A stretch of 64,000 nucleotides of DNA from the IMG/VR virus record IMGVR_UViG_3300048591_000242, positions 128,001 to 192,000 of that record, one strand, 5' to 3'. Each line of letters begins with the position of its first letter. Position 1 is the first letter of the stretch. This DNA is from a virus (taxonomy: Duplodnaviria > Caudoviricetes). Of this stretch, positions 1-11,545 are shown piece after piece. A program made the translations under genes and the position numbers. The notes below the pieces were generated by a model. That model was not told where the DNA came from. It did no database searches and worked only from the letters and a program-made list of their open reading frames with translations.

Positions 1-64
1 ATGGAAACATGTAGCAGTTCATAAGAGAACGCGCACCATCTAACGAGTGGTGTGGAATATAACG
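1..64 (+). mobile_element. 3' end of a probable group I intron interrupting phuZ (the rest lies upstream of the window)
   Basis: The PhuZ frame has an in-frame TAA at 41-43, and homology resumes exactly at AGT GGA AGT (SGS) at 65, preceded by G64. Nt 1-53 fold into three short hairpins (atg-GAAA-cat; gttc/gaac; gcacca/tggtgt) resembling P9, P9.1 and P9.2 at the end of the intron at 15162-16673. Confidence 0.7.
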
Positions 65-796
65 AGTGGAAGTGTGTTGGGCCCGCTGATAGTAGCGGAG
101 TTACTGCGTAGAGCTATCCCTGTCGTTGCGGTTATTGTGGGTTCCTCTGATTCCGCAAAAGAAGTAAACAACAGTCTAGATACGTTGTCTAGTTTACAGC
201 AGATGTCGAACGGCGGCCATACTGGCGGTAGAGCTATTCCTATGGTTTATTTGGAAAATGCTCGCGCAGTGAAGGGTAATAAAGAAGACAAGATGGCGAG
301 CCGCAGTGCTGTGGACAAGCAGGTTGAAGAAAATATTCGTCAACTGGCTTTACTGTTCTCTGGCATGCATCGTGAACTAGATAGAACTGATCTGGTAAAC
401 TGGTTAGACCACAGTAAGGTTTCTCCTTCTATACCTGCCCAGTTACTGGAAGTCATTATTCACAAAGAAGACGACAGCAACATGCTGGAGGCTTATAGTG
501 GTTTAGTGGTAGGGGTGGCTAGTTTATTGGCCAGTGAAGATGATCTTATTTCTGATCTAAATGCACCCTATGCCACTAAGGGGTATCTACAGGAAGAAGT
601 TCTGGAATATGCTGATATTCCAAATCACACATACATTACTACAGCAGCTCGAGTACCAAAAATATTCGAGCGTTTTACCCAAGCTAAGCAGCTCCACCGA
701 GATACCGTAGAGTCACTAAGCGGTATGGAAGTAGTAGGTGTTAATTCTGGATTTGGTACCTCCGGTATGTCCGGTGGAGACGGCATGGTAATTTAG
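65..796 (+). CDS. phuZ: PhuZ phage tubulin, 3' exon
   Basis: SGSVLGPLIVAELL matches the tubulin signature GGxGSVIGP of PhuZ; LDRTDLVNW; C-terminus GGDGMVI resembles the PhuZ tail; synteny upstream of the polymerase. Confidence 0.85.
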   Translation, partial: SGSVLGPLIVAELLRRAIPVVAVIVGSSDSAKEVNNSLDTLSSLQQMSNGGHTGGRAIPMVYLENARAVKGNKEDKMASRSAVDKQVEENIRQLALLFSGMHRELDRTDLVNWLDHSKVSPSIPAQLLEVIIHKEDDSNMLEAYSGLVVGVASLLASEDDLISDLNAPYATKGYLQEEVLEYADIPNHTYITTAARVPKIFERFTQAKQLHRDTVESLSGMEVVGVNSGFGTSGMSGGDGMVI

Positions 797-804
797 TAGT
801 TATT

Positions 805-830
805 AGCAGGGTGACTTTGGTTGCCCTGCT
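805..830 (+). terminator. stem-loop after phuZ
   Basis: agcagggtgac-tttg-gttgccctgct. Confidence 0.7.
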
Positions 831-833
831 ATT

Positions 834-1187
834 ATGGAGCTATATGTGTCTATGAATGCATTAATAGTAAAGTTTGACTCTGATACACAGAGGGAGATCT
901 TTGAAATAATAAACGGTATACTGGAGTACATAGCAGATCCGTTTGGATGTACGCCTGATGACCTGTACGTTCACTGGCTACTAACGCAGATATCACTAGT
1001 TTATAATAAAACTTATATTCCAACCACAACCACAGTACCTACGTTAGAAATGGAAAATACCATAGAAAGTTGCCTGTCATCATACGTTGATGCATTAAGA
1101 CAAATGGTGACGGTACCGGTAGTATTTCCAGATAATTTTACGGTACAAAGAATAGATTCTAATTCTTTGCTAATAAAAGGGGTTTAG
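834..1187 (+). CDS. hypothetical protein
   Basis: 117-aa ORF in a tightly packed co-directional operon. Confidence 0.75.
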   Translation: MELYVSMNALIVKFDSDTQREIFEIINGILEYIADPFGCTPDDLYVHWLLTQISLVYNKTYIPTTTTVPTLEMENTIESCLSSYVDALRQMVTVPVVFPDNFTVQRIDSNSLLIKGV

Positions 1188-1192
1188 TAGTA

Positions 1193-1954
1193 ATGTCACA
1201 ATTCATAAAAACAAGTCTAATTGTAGAGTATAGACAAACTGCTATAGATGTTTTAACGGAATTGAATAACCTGGTCAGAAGTGAGCTATTGCCGGATCTA
1301 AATATAGACTTAGGCTTCTGTGAAAATATGATAATCTCTCAAGTAAAAGATATAGCTGAGCAGGAGCTACGTGCTATACTTAAAAATAAACCCAACGATT
1401 TTCTAGGTCATCTGGTAGCCAATAAAATAAAGGTACACCTGGCTAATAACAACATTCGTAAAGAATACCTTGATATGATGCCTGAAACCCACCGGGTGTT
1501 TTTGGCTGATAAAAAGAAACGGGAGATACTATTATACAGGTATGCGGCGGAAGGTATCAATGGTTTATTGGATGAGCTGTGTCATTTACCGTTTGCCATG
1601 CGTGACTATATAGTAGAATGTGTAGTTAGTATATGGCCGATAACTAGTACGTCGTACGGGCAATTAAATATGGCATTTAATGTTACTGACAGCGTGTATA
1701 GACCGGACATACGGGAGCTAGAACTAAGAGACATGGAAGCTGAGAAAGTTTCCGGTTTTATTGATAACGTAATGTGTATTATAGACGACTTAGGCTGTCT
1801 TAGTAGGCTAAGAGAATTGGTTTCCAGTAGAATCCATGGTAATCCCTATGATGTTTGGGATGTAACTATTAAACCAGGCGGTATAATGGTAGTAGAACAT
1901 GTAGGGGATTTCAGAATACTGGAATGGCATAGAGCAAACAACCACAGCAGGTAA
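1193..1954 (+). CDS. conserved jumbo-phage hypothetical protein
   Basis: 253-aa ORF; the C-terminal WDV...GDFRILEW resembles phiKZ-like hypotheticals between PhuZ and the polymerase (recall only). Confidence 0.75.
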   Translation: MSQFIKTSLIVEYRQTAIDVLTELNNLVRSELLPDLNIDLGFCENMIISQVKDIAEQELRAILKNKPNDFLGHLVANKIKVHLANNNIRKEYLDMMPETHRVFLADKKKREILLYRYAAEGINGLLDELCHLPFAMRDYIVECVVSIWPITSTSYGQLNMAFNVTDSVYRPDIRELELRDMEAEKVSGFIDNVMCIIDDLGCLSRLRELVSSRIHGNPYDVWDVTIKPGGIMVVEHVGDFRILEWHRANNHSR

Positions 1955-1960
1955 ATAAAA

Positions 1961-2311
1961 ATGATGCCTATTAAAGTACTTGTAGGTATAACTGATATAA
2001 CTAACCACCTTAAAGACTTATTGTCTAGATTCAGCCCTAGCGTAACCTTTATGGATCTAACACACATCACGGAACATTATGTCGACTGCTATATGTACGG
2101 ATCTATGTATGCACAGTACACCATAGATCCAATAGACGAGCTGTTTAGCAGTTTATCCGTACCTACAGATTACAGGACGTACATCAAGACTGACCTTAGT
2201 ATGTCTGTAGTTCTACTGATAGATGAGGCTATGAGGGGGTTGTCTCCAGCAGACGCTAGTTTTGTAATATCGTGGCTACCCAGGGGCGTTGGGGTAATTG
2301 AAGAGGTGTAG
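1961..2311 (+). CDS. hypothetical protein
   Basis: 116-aa ORF, operon packing. Confidence 0.7.
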   Translation: MMPIKVLVGITDITNHLKDLLSRFSPSVTFMDLTHITEHYVDCYMYGSMYAQYTIDPIDELFSSLSVPTDYRTYIKTDLSMSVVLLIDEAMRGLSPADASFVISWLPRGVGVIEEV

Positions 2312-2633
2312 AGTGAGGATAATAGTACCACAACCACATGTAAACTGGATCTACAGAAATCTATCTACAGATGAGACATATATAGCTAGATACGTATATA
2401 TGCTTCTGGTAAATGGGTTTGCAGATTCCACTGAAGAAATCATTAGTAAACTTAACTCACATAACTGGCTAGGTGTATCCAGAGACGCTGACTATACACT
2501 AGTGCTAGAGAGAATAGTTTCCAGAATGGTTTCTGAATACCAGTCTACCGAGCTTGTAGGCTTAGTAAATAGTAAAGTAGTAGATATCTGTCTACTACCA
2601 CCAACCGCACTTATTTTAACGACCAAAGACTGA
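2298..2633 (+). CDS. hypothetical protein (start uncertain)
   Basis: 111-aa ORF overlapping the previous gene. Confidence 0.65.
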   Translation: MKRCRVRIIVPQPHVNWIYRNLSTDETYIARYVYMLLVNGFADSTEEIISKLNSHNWLGVSRDADYTLVLERIVSRMVSEYQSTELVGLVNSKVVDICLLPPTALILTTKD

Positions 2634-2664
2634 CTCTCTAGCCGGGAGTCAGTGAGGTTTTATT

Positions 2665-3060
2665 ATGCATTCCTATAATCATCTTTTTATGCCGTTTGAG
2701 CCTAATGTACAGGCGGCTATAGTTCTAGAACACCGTAACATTTTAAATATATGCTTAAATTCAGGCCTAGCAGATACGTGGTTGTTGTTGCCTGAAATAT
2801 ACACGTGCTTAATATTTAGACCAGAGATGGCGTATGAGGAAATAGCCGATCACCTCCTTAACAGTTCAATGGGGGATGTATTGGAGACTATGGTGGAATT
2901 TAATTATCCAAATTTTACAAATTTGCTTTATAAGTTTGTAGCTGATGTAGTGGAGAGTAGTAGTAAATTTCCATACGACCCAGCTATATACAGAGGCATG
3001 TATGTATTTGAGGCAAGGCCAGTTAGTCGTGACCACATAGCCATTACTTTTAATGTATGA
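2665..3060 (+). CDS. hypothetical protein
   Basis: 131-aa ORF with GAGG RBS. Confidence 0.75.
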   Translation: MHSYNHLFMPFEPNVQAAIVLEHRNILNICLNSGLADTWLLLPEIYTCLIFRPEMAYEEIADHLLNSSMGDVLETMVEFNYPNFTNLLYKFVADVVESSSKFPYDPAIYRGMYVFEARPVSRDHIAITFNV

Positions 3061-3425
3061 GAATATTTGTTATGAAATTAATTATAAGACATCCTGGAAT
3101 CCTTAGGGTATTGGAGGATACTGATCCTGCCATATCCCATATACTTCTGGCTGATGTTTTAAGATTACTTTTAAGTAATACTTATAAGGCACCAGATGAG
3201 ATAGTAGGTGAGCTGCATGCAGAATACGATGCAATGGAGAGACTGTATGATCAGTTACCGGAGAGAGATCCTTATTTGGTAGAAAACAGTGTAGACGATT
3301 TTGTATATGCATTATCGAGTACATTTGAATATCCATACAACCTTACTGACTTTATAGACCTAAGTACGATTTGGGTAAAGAAGGTAGACATTATAGGTAG
3401 AGATGGAGTAATACTGACAATTTGA
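3057..3425 (+). CDS. hypothetical protein
   Basis: ATGA overlap with the previous gene. Confidence 0.75.
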   Translation: MRIFVMKLIIRHPGILRVLEDTDPAISHILLADVLRLLLSNTYKAPDEIVGELHAEYDAMERLYDQLPERDPYLVENSVDDFVYALSSTFEYPYNLTDFIDLSTIWVKKVDIIGRDGVILTI

Positions 3426-3440
3426 CTAAGGCGGTGTGGT

Positions 3441-3752
3441 GTGGCGATAGATATAATAATCAGAGCCGACAACTGGGAAGAGCTAATTGGTGTCATACAC
3501 TGCATCAATTATGCCGATATACCCAGTGACGTATCTATAAGAATGGCCATTTGTAAAGATCTGGAAAAAACCATGAAGGCTTTGTTAAAGGCTAGTGTGG
3601 ATATAGATGATGTATTGTTATCTCATCCAGAAATAGCGATACATTTTAACGAACTTTGGGATAATATACAAGGCTACGGCTATGATATTTCGGATATCAA
3701 GATAATTGATAATTCCGGATCAATTTTAATGCGCATGGGGAGAATTAAATGA
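3441..3752 (+). CDS. hypothetical protein
   Basis: 103-aa ORF, GTG start, ATGA overlap with the next gene. Confidence 0.7.
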   Translation: MAIDIIIRADNWEELIGVIHCINYADIPSDVSIRMAICKDLEKTMKALLKASVDIDDVLLSHPEIAIHFNELWDNIQGYGYDISDIKIIDNSGSILMRMGRIK

Positions 3753-4168
3753 GTCCAATTAGTTTAGAAAACCTTAAGATAGGTGATAACATAATGTTCA
3801 CTACCTATGGTCCGGTTGCAGGTAAGGTAGAGTTTGCAGGTAAGGTAATAGGTTTATCTACAGCAGAATGGTTGCCTGTTACAACTACAGCCCCAACGGA
3901 TCACGTTAACATATATCGTGATTTACCTACTGAGGTACAAGAGTATGTAGAGGATAACTATAGCTCCTATAACTACATAGCAGTTAAAACCATAGACGGC
4001 GTGTTTTACATAGGAGAGCCGTGGATAGTTCTAGGTACACTTGTTTTGGATAATCCGGCCACAGCCACCGTTACCGTTTCTGATTATCGAGAATCTGATA
4101 CAAACCTTTTAACTCAGTTGCTATTATCTAATGGTTTTAAGGTAACTAAAGTAATTGTAAATAATTAA
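3749..4168 (+). CDS. conserved Chimalliviridae core hypothetical protein (phiKZ gp49-like position)
   Basis: Motifs FTTY, H..IY..LP and IG..WI; position just before the polymerase. Confidence 0.7.
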   Translation: MSPISLENLKIGDNIMFTTYGPVAGKVEFAGKVIGLSTAEWLPVTTTAPTDHVNIYRDLPTEVQEYVEDNYSSYNYIAVKTIDGVFYIGEPWIVLGTLVLDNPATATVTVSDYRESDTNLLTQLLLSNGFKVTKVIVNN

Positions 4169-4186
4169 ACGATTTGTAATATATAT

Positions 4187-4490
4187 GTGGAGTTATACTT
4201 TCACGCTGGTGTTTTCGGAGTAGGTCCTCGCTACTCATGTTTCCGACTAAAATCGGTCGCCCCTTTACCAGCGATCTTCTCGCATTCGGGTTTTTTACGT
4301 TTTCTCCCGATACTCCACGTACACGCCAGACCTTCGTGGTTGGGGATCTGGCGTGTACACCTATTTTAAAGGTTTGCGCCCTCGTGCGATACAACGGACT
4401 ACTCTCCGGTTGTTTCTTATGGGCGTTTTGCTAAAGGCTACCATCTATCACTTTACCCTAGCAAAGTGCGGATGGTAGCCTTTTTCTCTA
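4187..4490. ncRNA. candidate structured non-coding RNA 1
   Basis: GC-rich intergenic segment with nested helices: gtggagt/actccac (4187/4318), cgctggt/accagcg, tcggg/cccga, 12-bp gtacacgccaga/tctggcgtgtac, acaac-gga/tcc-gttgt, and a 13-bp terminal hairpin (4433-4483) followed by a T run. Confidence 0.6.
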
Positions 4491-4555
4491 TGCCATATTT
4501 TTTAACAACAAAATATCATTTATATGAGAACAACATCTTAATATAGGAGGATAAC

Positions 4556-4771
4556 ATGAAGATATTTTCAGTAAGAAACATAGTTATACTTCTAAATACA
4601 GTGATAGGTCCAATAACTGATGCCTGCGTAATAGCGCATTGCAACAGCTATATAAACTGGGGGGACTCTAAGCGACACCGATGTCGCGTGGGTCGGAGTA
4701 ACTATAGACGCAGACTGGCACCAGATCGCCACGTGCCATACCGAAGGTGCATCGGGTGTACGTATGGGTAG
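4556..4771 (+). CDS. possible 71-aa peptide overlapping structured RNA 2
   Basis: Strong GGAGG RBS; hydrophobic N-terminal half and Arg/Cys-rich C-terminal half. The 3' part may simply be read through structured RNA. Confidence 0.4.
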   Translation: MKIFSVRNIVILLNTVIGPITDACVIAHCNSYINWGDSKRHRCRVGRSNYRRRLAPDRHVPYRRCIGCTYG

Positions 4772-4820
4772 AATTGCCCCAGTAGATGAAAGTCCTGTTC
4801 TCCGTTACGTAGTCCCGCCA
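4620..4820 (+). ncRNA. candidate structured non-coding RNA 2
   Basis: Helices tgcg/cgca, actgggg/ccccagt, gggact/agtccc, gcgaca-ccga-tgtcgc, cggag(t)aac/gttctccg and tggcac/gtgcca; purine-rich loops; followed by a hairpin at 4840-4868. Confidence 0.55.
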
Positions 4821-4839
4821 AAAAACCTTTATAAGCATG

Positions 4840-4880
4840 GATACTCCTAGGCTGATCCTAGGAGTATCGTACTATGCTGT
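4840..4880 (+). terminator. hairpin plus TATGCTGT motif
   Basis: gatactcctagg-ctgat-cctaggagtatc, then tatgctgt at 4873-4880. Confidence 0.65.
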
Positions 4881-4960
4881 ATTTCCTAATTTAAAACAAT
4901 ATTAGGTAATTCTTTGTAATCAATGCACGTGTCGTTAAAGGACATAATGGGGAAGAACCA

Positions 4961-7292
4961 ATGAGCAATAACCCTTTCATAAGAGATCCGAAGAAATACA
5001 TAAGGGATCTTGATATAATTTCTAACTACTGTGAGAATATGGCGCAGTACTTAGCCATTTCTACTGGGGATAAATACGAAGACGTTCTATTGTGGGTAAA
5101 ATCAAACATCAAACCAGTAGAGCCTAAACTTAAAGTATTAGCCAGAAGAGACGGAGCTGATAGAAAAAAGGAAGTACAGGAATTATCCAAATATTTAAAT
5201 GAGGTATCTCATACTAACAGACTACTAGGGCCTAACCTAATAGTCTATGATAATCCTAAAAAGAATAAGTCTTTTATTTCTGAATTTATAGATAAGGGAT
5301 TAGAGAGGAGATCCATTGTAAAGAAGAAGGGACAGAAGGCTGAGATGGAAGGGGATATGGAAACAGCTATTTTCTGTGACAATCAACAGGGTAGAATAAA
5401 GATTCTAAACAACTCTATCTCGGGCGCACATGCGTCGCCACATAACCCTATTTATAATGCTACAGCGCATACTACACTTACCTCCGTATGTAGGTGTGCT
5501 ACTAGTTATTCTAATGCGGTAGTAGAAAAACTACTTACCGGCAACCGACATTATTATAGTCCGGAAATAGCTCTGGCTGACTTAGCCTCTATTATCAGAA
5601 TAACTGATTTAGATAAGCTAGAGAAAGCAATGGCTAAGTACTCCATAGTGCCACCTACAAAGGAATATGCTTTAGCGCATATTCTAGAGTCTTGTAATTT
5701 GTACTGGAGAAGTCCTACTGGAAACAGACAGCTATCTGAGTTTATAAACGCTATGTCTGACATAGAACTATCTGCTATAACTTACGTATCTGACCTTAAA
5801 GGTATAAGAGATACCAATGATGCCTTCATGCGCAGATTCATAGGCTGTTTGGTGGAAAAGGCCACAGTAGGTATAGATGAGCCTGAGAAGTATCACAAAG
5901 CCGCTGGTGGAGATTTACTGGCTATGGTAGGGTTAGTTATGTCTGAGGAGCTAAAGGGCCGTACGGTGGATAGAATGGCTAAAGAGGACCCAGAGTACTA
6001 CCGACTATATGGTGCTACTATAAAACAGATACTGGATAGCCTGTCCCTGTACACTGACTTTATAGATGCATTCTTGCGTACCGACAACATGCCGCCAGCA
6101 ATTCACACCATAACCTCATCGCTACGACGAGTGGCTATAGTCTCTGACACCGATAGTACTATTTTTACTACTGAAAACTGGGTAAGATGGTACTTAGGAA
6201 AAAATGAGTTTAATGTTAAAGCTATGTCGGTAGCTGGAGCTATAGCTTATATAGACTCACAGGTACTAGCTCATACATTGGCCATGTTATCTAGACATTT
6301 GGGGGTAGGAGACGATCAGTTATTTAGGTTAGCTATGAAGTCTGAGTTCTATCAGCCGGTACTGGGTGTAACTAACATGTCAAAACATTATTTCTCATAC
6401 ATACAGGCATGTGAAGGTAATGTATACTCAGAATTAAAGTTTGATACTAAGGGGGTAAACCTTAAAAACTCCAGGCTGCCTGGGGTAATTAAAACTGAAC
6501 TTAATAACTACATAAGGTGGATTATGGATTCGGTTATGTCTGAAACCAAACCTACCTTACGTGACGTATTAAGAATACCGGCTACTATAGCCCACGATAT
6601 ATCAGCTAGTCTTTCTTCTGGGGATACTAGCTATTTATCACACATGCAAATAAAACCTAAGTCTTCCTATAAGGGAGATAATCCACCAGCATGGGTACAG
6701 TATCAGCTATGGACTAAGGTATTTGCTCCGGTATATGGGCCAGCAGACCCACCCCCGTATTCTGCAGTAAAGGTACCAGTTATTATAGATAGTAGAGCTA
6801 AGATGGATAGTTGGGCTGAGACTTTAGATCCGGCTATGTCTAAAAGACTACGTGAAATGGTAATGGGTGAATACACGTACACTAGTGTTGATGGCTTAGT
6901 TGAACTAAGAGATGGAGATGTGGTTTTATTCATAACCAGAAAAGGAGGTATTTGCGGGGATATGGGTAAGCTGTATACCTATAGAGGTCAAGCCAAGTCT
7001 ATTGATTTAAGTAGCTTAGGATTAAGTGAAGTATCGTCCTCTACCAGAATATGGGAGTATACTGGTTCCACTAGAGAAAGCTTTACTAGTTTTATGGTAC
7101 CTGTATCTAGATTACGTGATGGTAAAATGCCTGTAGAAATAGCGCGTATTGTAGATTCTGCTAAAATTGAAGACGAAATGTTAGCTGGATTTATGATAGC
7201 TCTTGAGACTACTGGGTTCTACATACGTAACTCTGGTAAAACCAGATTACTGTCTAAAGAAATAGATATTGATATTTACAAGGAGAACAAAA

Positions 7293-7300
<8 letters not shown>
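4961..7300 (+). CDS. family B DNA polymerase, palm/thumb part of the split polymerase (phiKZ gp50-like)
   Basis: Motif B IKILNNSISG and motif C SDTDSTIF; partner exonuclease/motif A gene at 51909-53567. Confidence 0.9.
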
Positions 7301-9699
<2,399 letters not shown>

Positions 9700-9713
9700 A
9701 AGGAAAATGTAAG

Positions 9714-10253
9714 ATGTCTAAAGTTACTGAAATATCAAACGTAATTGGTGGATTAGAAGGTGTGAGTGTGGGCGGCATATTGTCGCGCTTAAAACCTACT
9801 ATGGCGGTAAAGCTTTTAGATAAGGAATTCTTTGAGGAGTATGGAATTCCATCGTACGCCACAAATGGATCTGCTGGTCTAGATCTACTAGCCCACGTAC
9901 CTGAAGATATTGTTGTAGAGCCCGGTGAAGTAAAGTTGGTACCTACTGGTATGTGCATTCAGTTACCGTCTGAAGATTTAGTCGCGTTTCTACTACCTAA
10001 GTCGGGTATTGGCCATAAGAGCGGTATCATTCTAGGTAACGGAACAGGGGTAATCGACGCAGATTACCGTGAGCAAATGTTTGTTTCGGTATGGAACAGA
10101 AGTGCGCAGGCATTTACAATTAGTCGCGGTATGAAGATCTGTCAAATGGTTATCTTGCCGGTAGTACAGGTAAATCTTGAAATTAAAGATGAACTAACCG
10201 AAACCGACAGAAGTGGTGGTTTTGGCAGTACTGGTAAATTTATTAACAGATAG
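9714..10253 (+). CDS. dut: trimeric dUTPase
   Basis: GSAGLDL, PKSG, GVIDADYR, KICQMV and RSGGFGSTG motifs. Confidence 0.95.
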   Translation: MSKVTEISNVIGGLEGVSVGGILSRLKPTMAVKLLDKEFFEEYGIPSYATNGSAGLDLLAHVPEDIVVEPGEVKLVPTGMCIQLPSEDLVAFLLPKSGIGHKSGIILGNGTGVIDADYREQMFVSVWNRSAQAFTISRGMKICQMVILPVVQVNLEIKDELTETDRSGGFGSTGKFINR

Positions 10254-10262
10254 CATAAGCTA

Positions 10263-10292
10263 TACAGATACCTCCGATCGGAGGTATCTGTA
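10263..10292. terminator. bidirectional hairpin between convergent genes
   Basis: Perfect palindrome tacagatacctcc-gatc-ggaggtatctgta, flanked by gcata and tatgc. Confidence 0.8.
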
Positions 10293-10310
10293 ATGTATGC
10301 TGTATTTCTT

Positions 10311-11405
10311 TTATTGTACCCAAAGCTCTATTCTACCTAGAGTAGCTTCTATTTTATCCCTAAGAATCCTATCTTCTATTTTACGTAAAACCCCTACATT
10401 ACGAATACGTCTATAGATCTTCTTTAGCGTGTTTCTGTACTTAGTAAGATTGCTATAGCTAGAGGATAGGAATAGGCTAGCTTCTACTAACTGTAGGCTG
10501 GCTAATACTAAAACAGTATAGTTAGCCTGTGTATCTGAGGCTGATATAGTGGCCATGCCGTCCAATATAGAAACGCTTTCACGTATGGAGGGTATGTTGG
10601 AAAGACATGCTTCTGGGGGGATATCCATTACGGTTATTCTATCCAATAAGCCAGATAGCTCCTTCTCTATTTTACTCTCATACGTAGTTACGTGCATACC
10701 TAGCTTGGACTGATAAAGATCCTCATGCCACTCCCCACTAATATTGGAAATCATGTTTAATATAGTACAATTAAACTGACTGTAAAGCATGTTAGGTAGC
10801 ACGTATGAACCTAGAAACTGCTCTATGGTCTCTCTGGTATAGTCTGGGTTTTCTTTAACTAACTTGTTGTTATATTTTACCCATCCAGAATACATTATGG
10901 CTAAAGCTGGTATATCTACAGAAATTACAGAATAGTCATGTCCCTTACCAAAGCCTACTGGATAATGGGTACCTAATAGTCTATAGGGGTGCCGTACTAC
11001 CTTCAATGGCTCCAATGTAATCCAGTCTTCTTCTACCATATTTAGCGTGTCCTTGTACTGTAGGTCACTTGTGGCAATAACATATTCTTGACAAGACGGA
11101 TAAAACACTGAATCAAAAGGAGAATTGCTATTTATGGCGGTGGTTATACCGGCGCCTTGCGCAAGCTCATCTTTACTATCGCTTATTGTCGAATATATAG
11201 AAGTATAGTCTTCTGAAGAGGAGAAGATAAAACTATATACCAGTCTTGTTAGAAAATGACTACCGTCTACTTTCATGCCGCTTTTTCTATAGTAACTTAT
11301 GGCTTTTTCTATAGAAACCATCTGCTGTTTCAGTAGCCTATCTAGGGTAGGCTCCGATAGCGTGGTTTTAGTGAATATAGAGGTTCTATCTAGTAAGGTA
11401 TACAT
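10311..11405 (-). CDS. conserved core protein, probably virion structural (phiKZ gp52-like position)
   Basis: 364-aa ORF divergent from chimallin; synteny. Confidence 0.6.
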   Translation of the reverse strand: MYTLLDRTSIFTKTTLSEPTLDRLLKQQMVSIEKAISYYRKSGMKVDGSHFLTRLVYSFIFSSSEDYTSIYSTISDSKDELAQGAGITTAINSNSPFDSVFYPSCQEYVIATSDLQYKDTLNMVEEDWITLEPLKVVRHPYRLLGTHYPVGFGKGHDYSVISVDIPALAIMYSGWVKYNNKLVKENPDYTRETIEQFLGSYVLPNMLYSQFNCTILNMISNISGEWHEDLYQSKLGMHVTTYESKIEKELSGLLDRITVMDIPPEACLSNIPSIRESVSILDGMATISASDTQANYTVLVLASLQLVEASLFLSSSYSNLTKYRNTLKKIYRRIRNVGVLRKIEDRILRDKIEATLGRIELWVQ

Positions 11406-11465
11406 TTTTCACCTTCTGTGTGTAGCTCGATTGTAGAATGTATATTATCGGCTATTCTTCGAGTA

Positions 11466-11473
11466 TATATTAC
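11466..11473 (+). promoter_or_regulatory. phiKZ-type early promoter core TATATTAC
   Basis: Matches the published phiKZ early consensus; recurs upstream of several genes. Confidence 0.55.
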
Positions 11474-11545
11474 CGAAATAGATGTATGCGTATTTACATC
11501 TATTAAAGCTTCAAACTTAAGGACTAGATCCTAGGAGAAACAACC

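Noticed and set aside
47-64. GTG start at 47 giving MVWNIT as the PhuZ N-terminus
   Set aside because: It would delete about a third of the tubulin domain and half of the signature motif; the sequence fits an intron end better.
1-64. Group II intron domain V/VI reading (GAAA loop, GUUC, terminal AC)
   Set aside because: The lower stem is too short for domain V and there is no pyrimidine-rich domain VI with a bulged A; the parallels to the group I intron in this window are stronger. Not fully excluded.
4176-4183. TATATTAC on the minus strand pointing into the upstream operon
   Set aside because: It lacks the downstream context of the other copies and lies in an AT-rich tract; may be chance.
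4350-4392. c-di-GMP-I riboswitch resemblance on the minus strand (GCAC..GGGC..AAACC)
   Set aside because: The GNRA/receptor and P3 elements do not fit.
4146-4434. Three overlapping ORFs of 60-82 aa
   Set aside because: No RBS and atypical composition; better explained by GC-rich structured RNA.
4660-4820. tRNA- or tmRNA-like ends (GGGAC...GUCCC-GCCA)
   Set aside because: No T arm, no G3-U70 pair and no tag reading frame.
4600-4830. RNase P RNA-like words (UGCAACAG, UAGAUGAA, GAAAGUCC)
   Set aside because: I could not build the P4 pseudoknot or find the CR-V motif in the right order; a cmscan would settle it.
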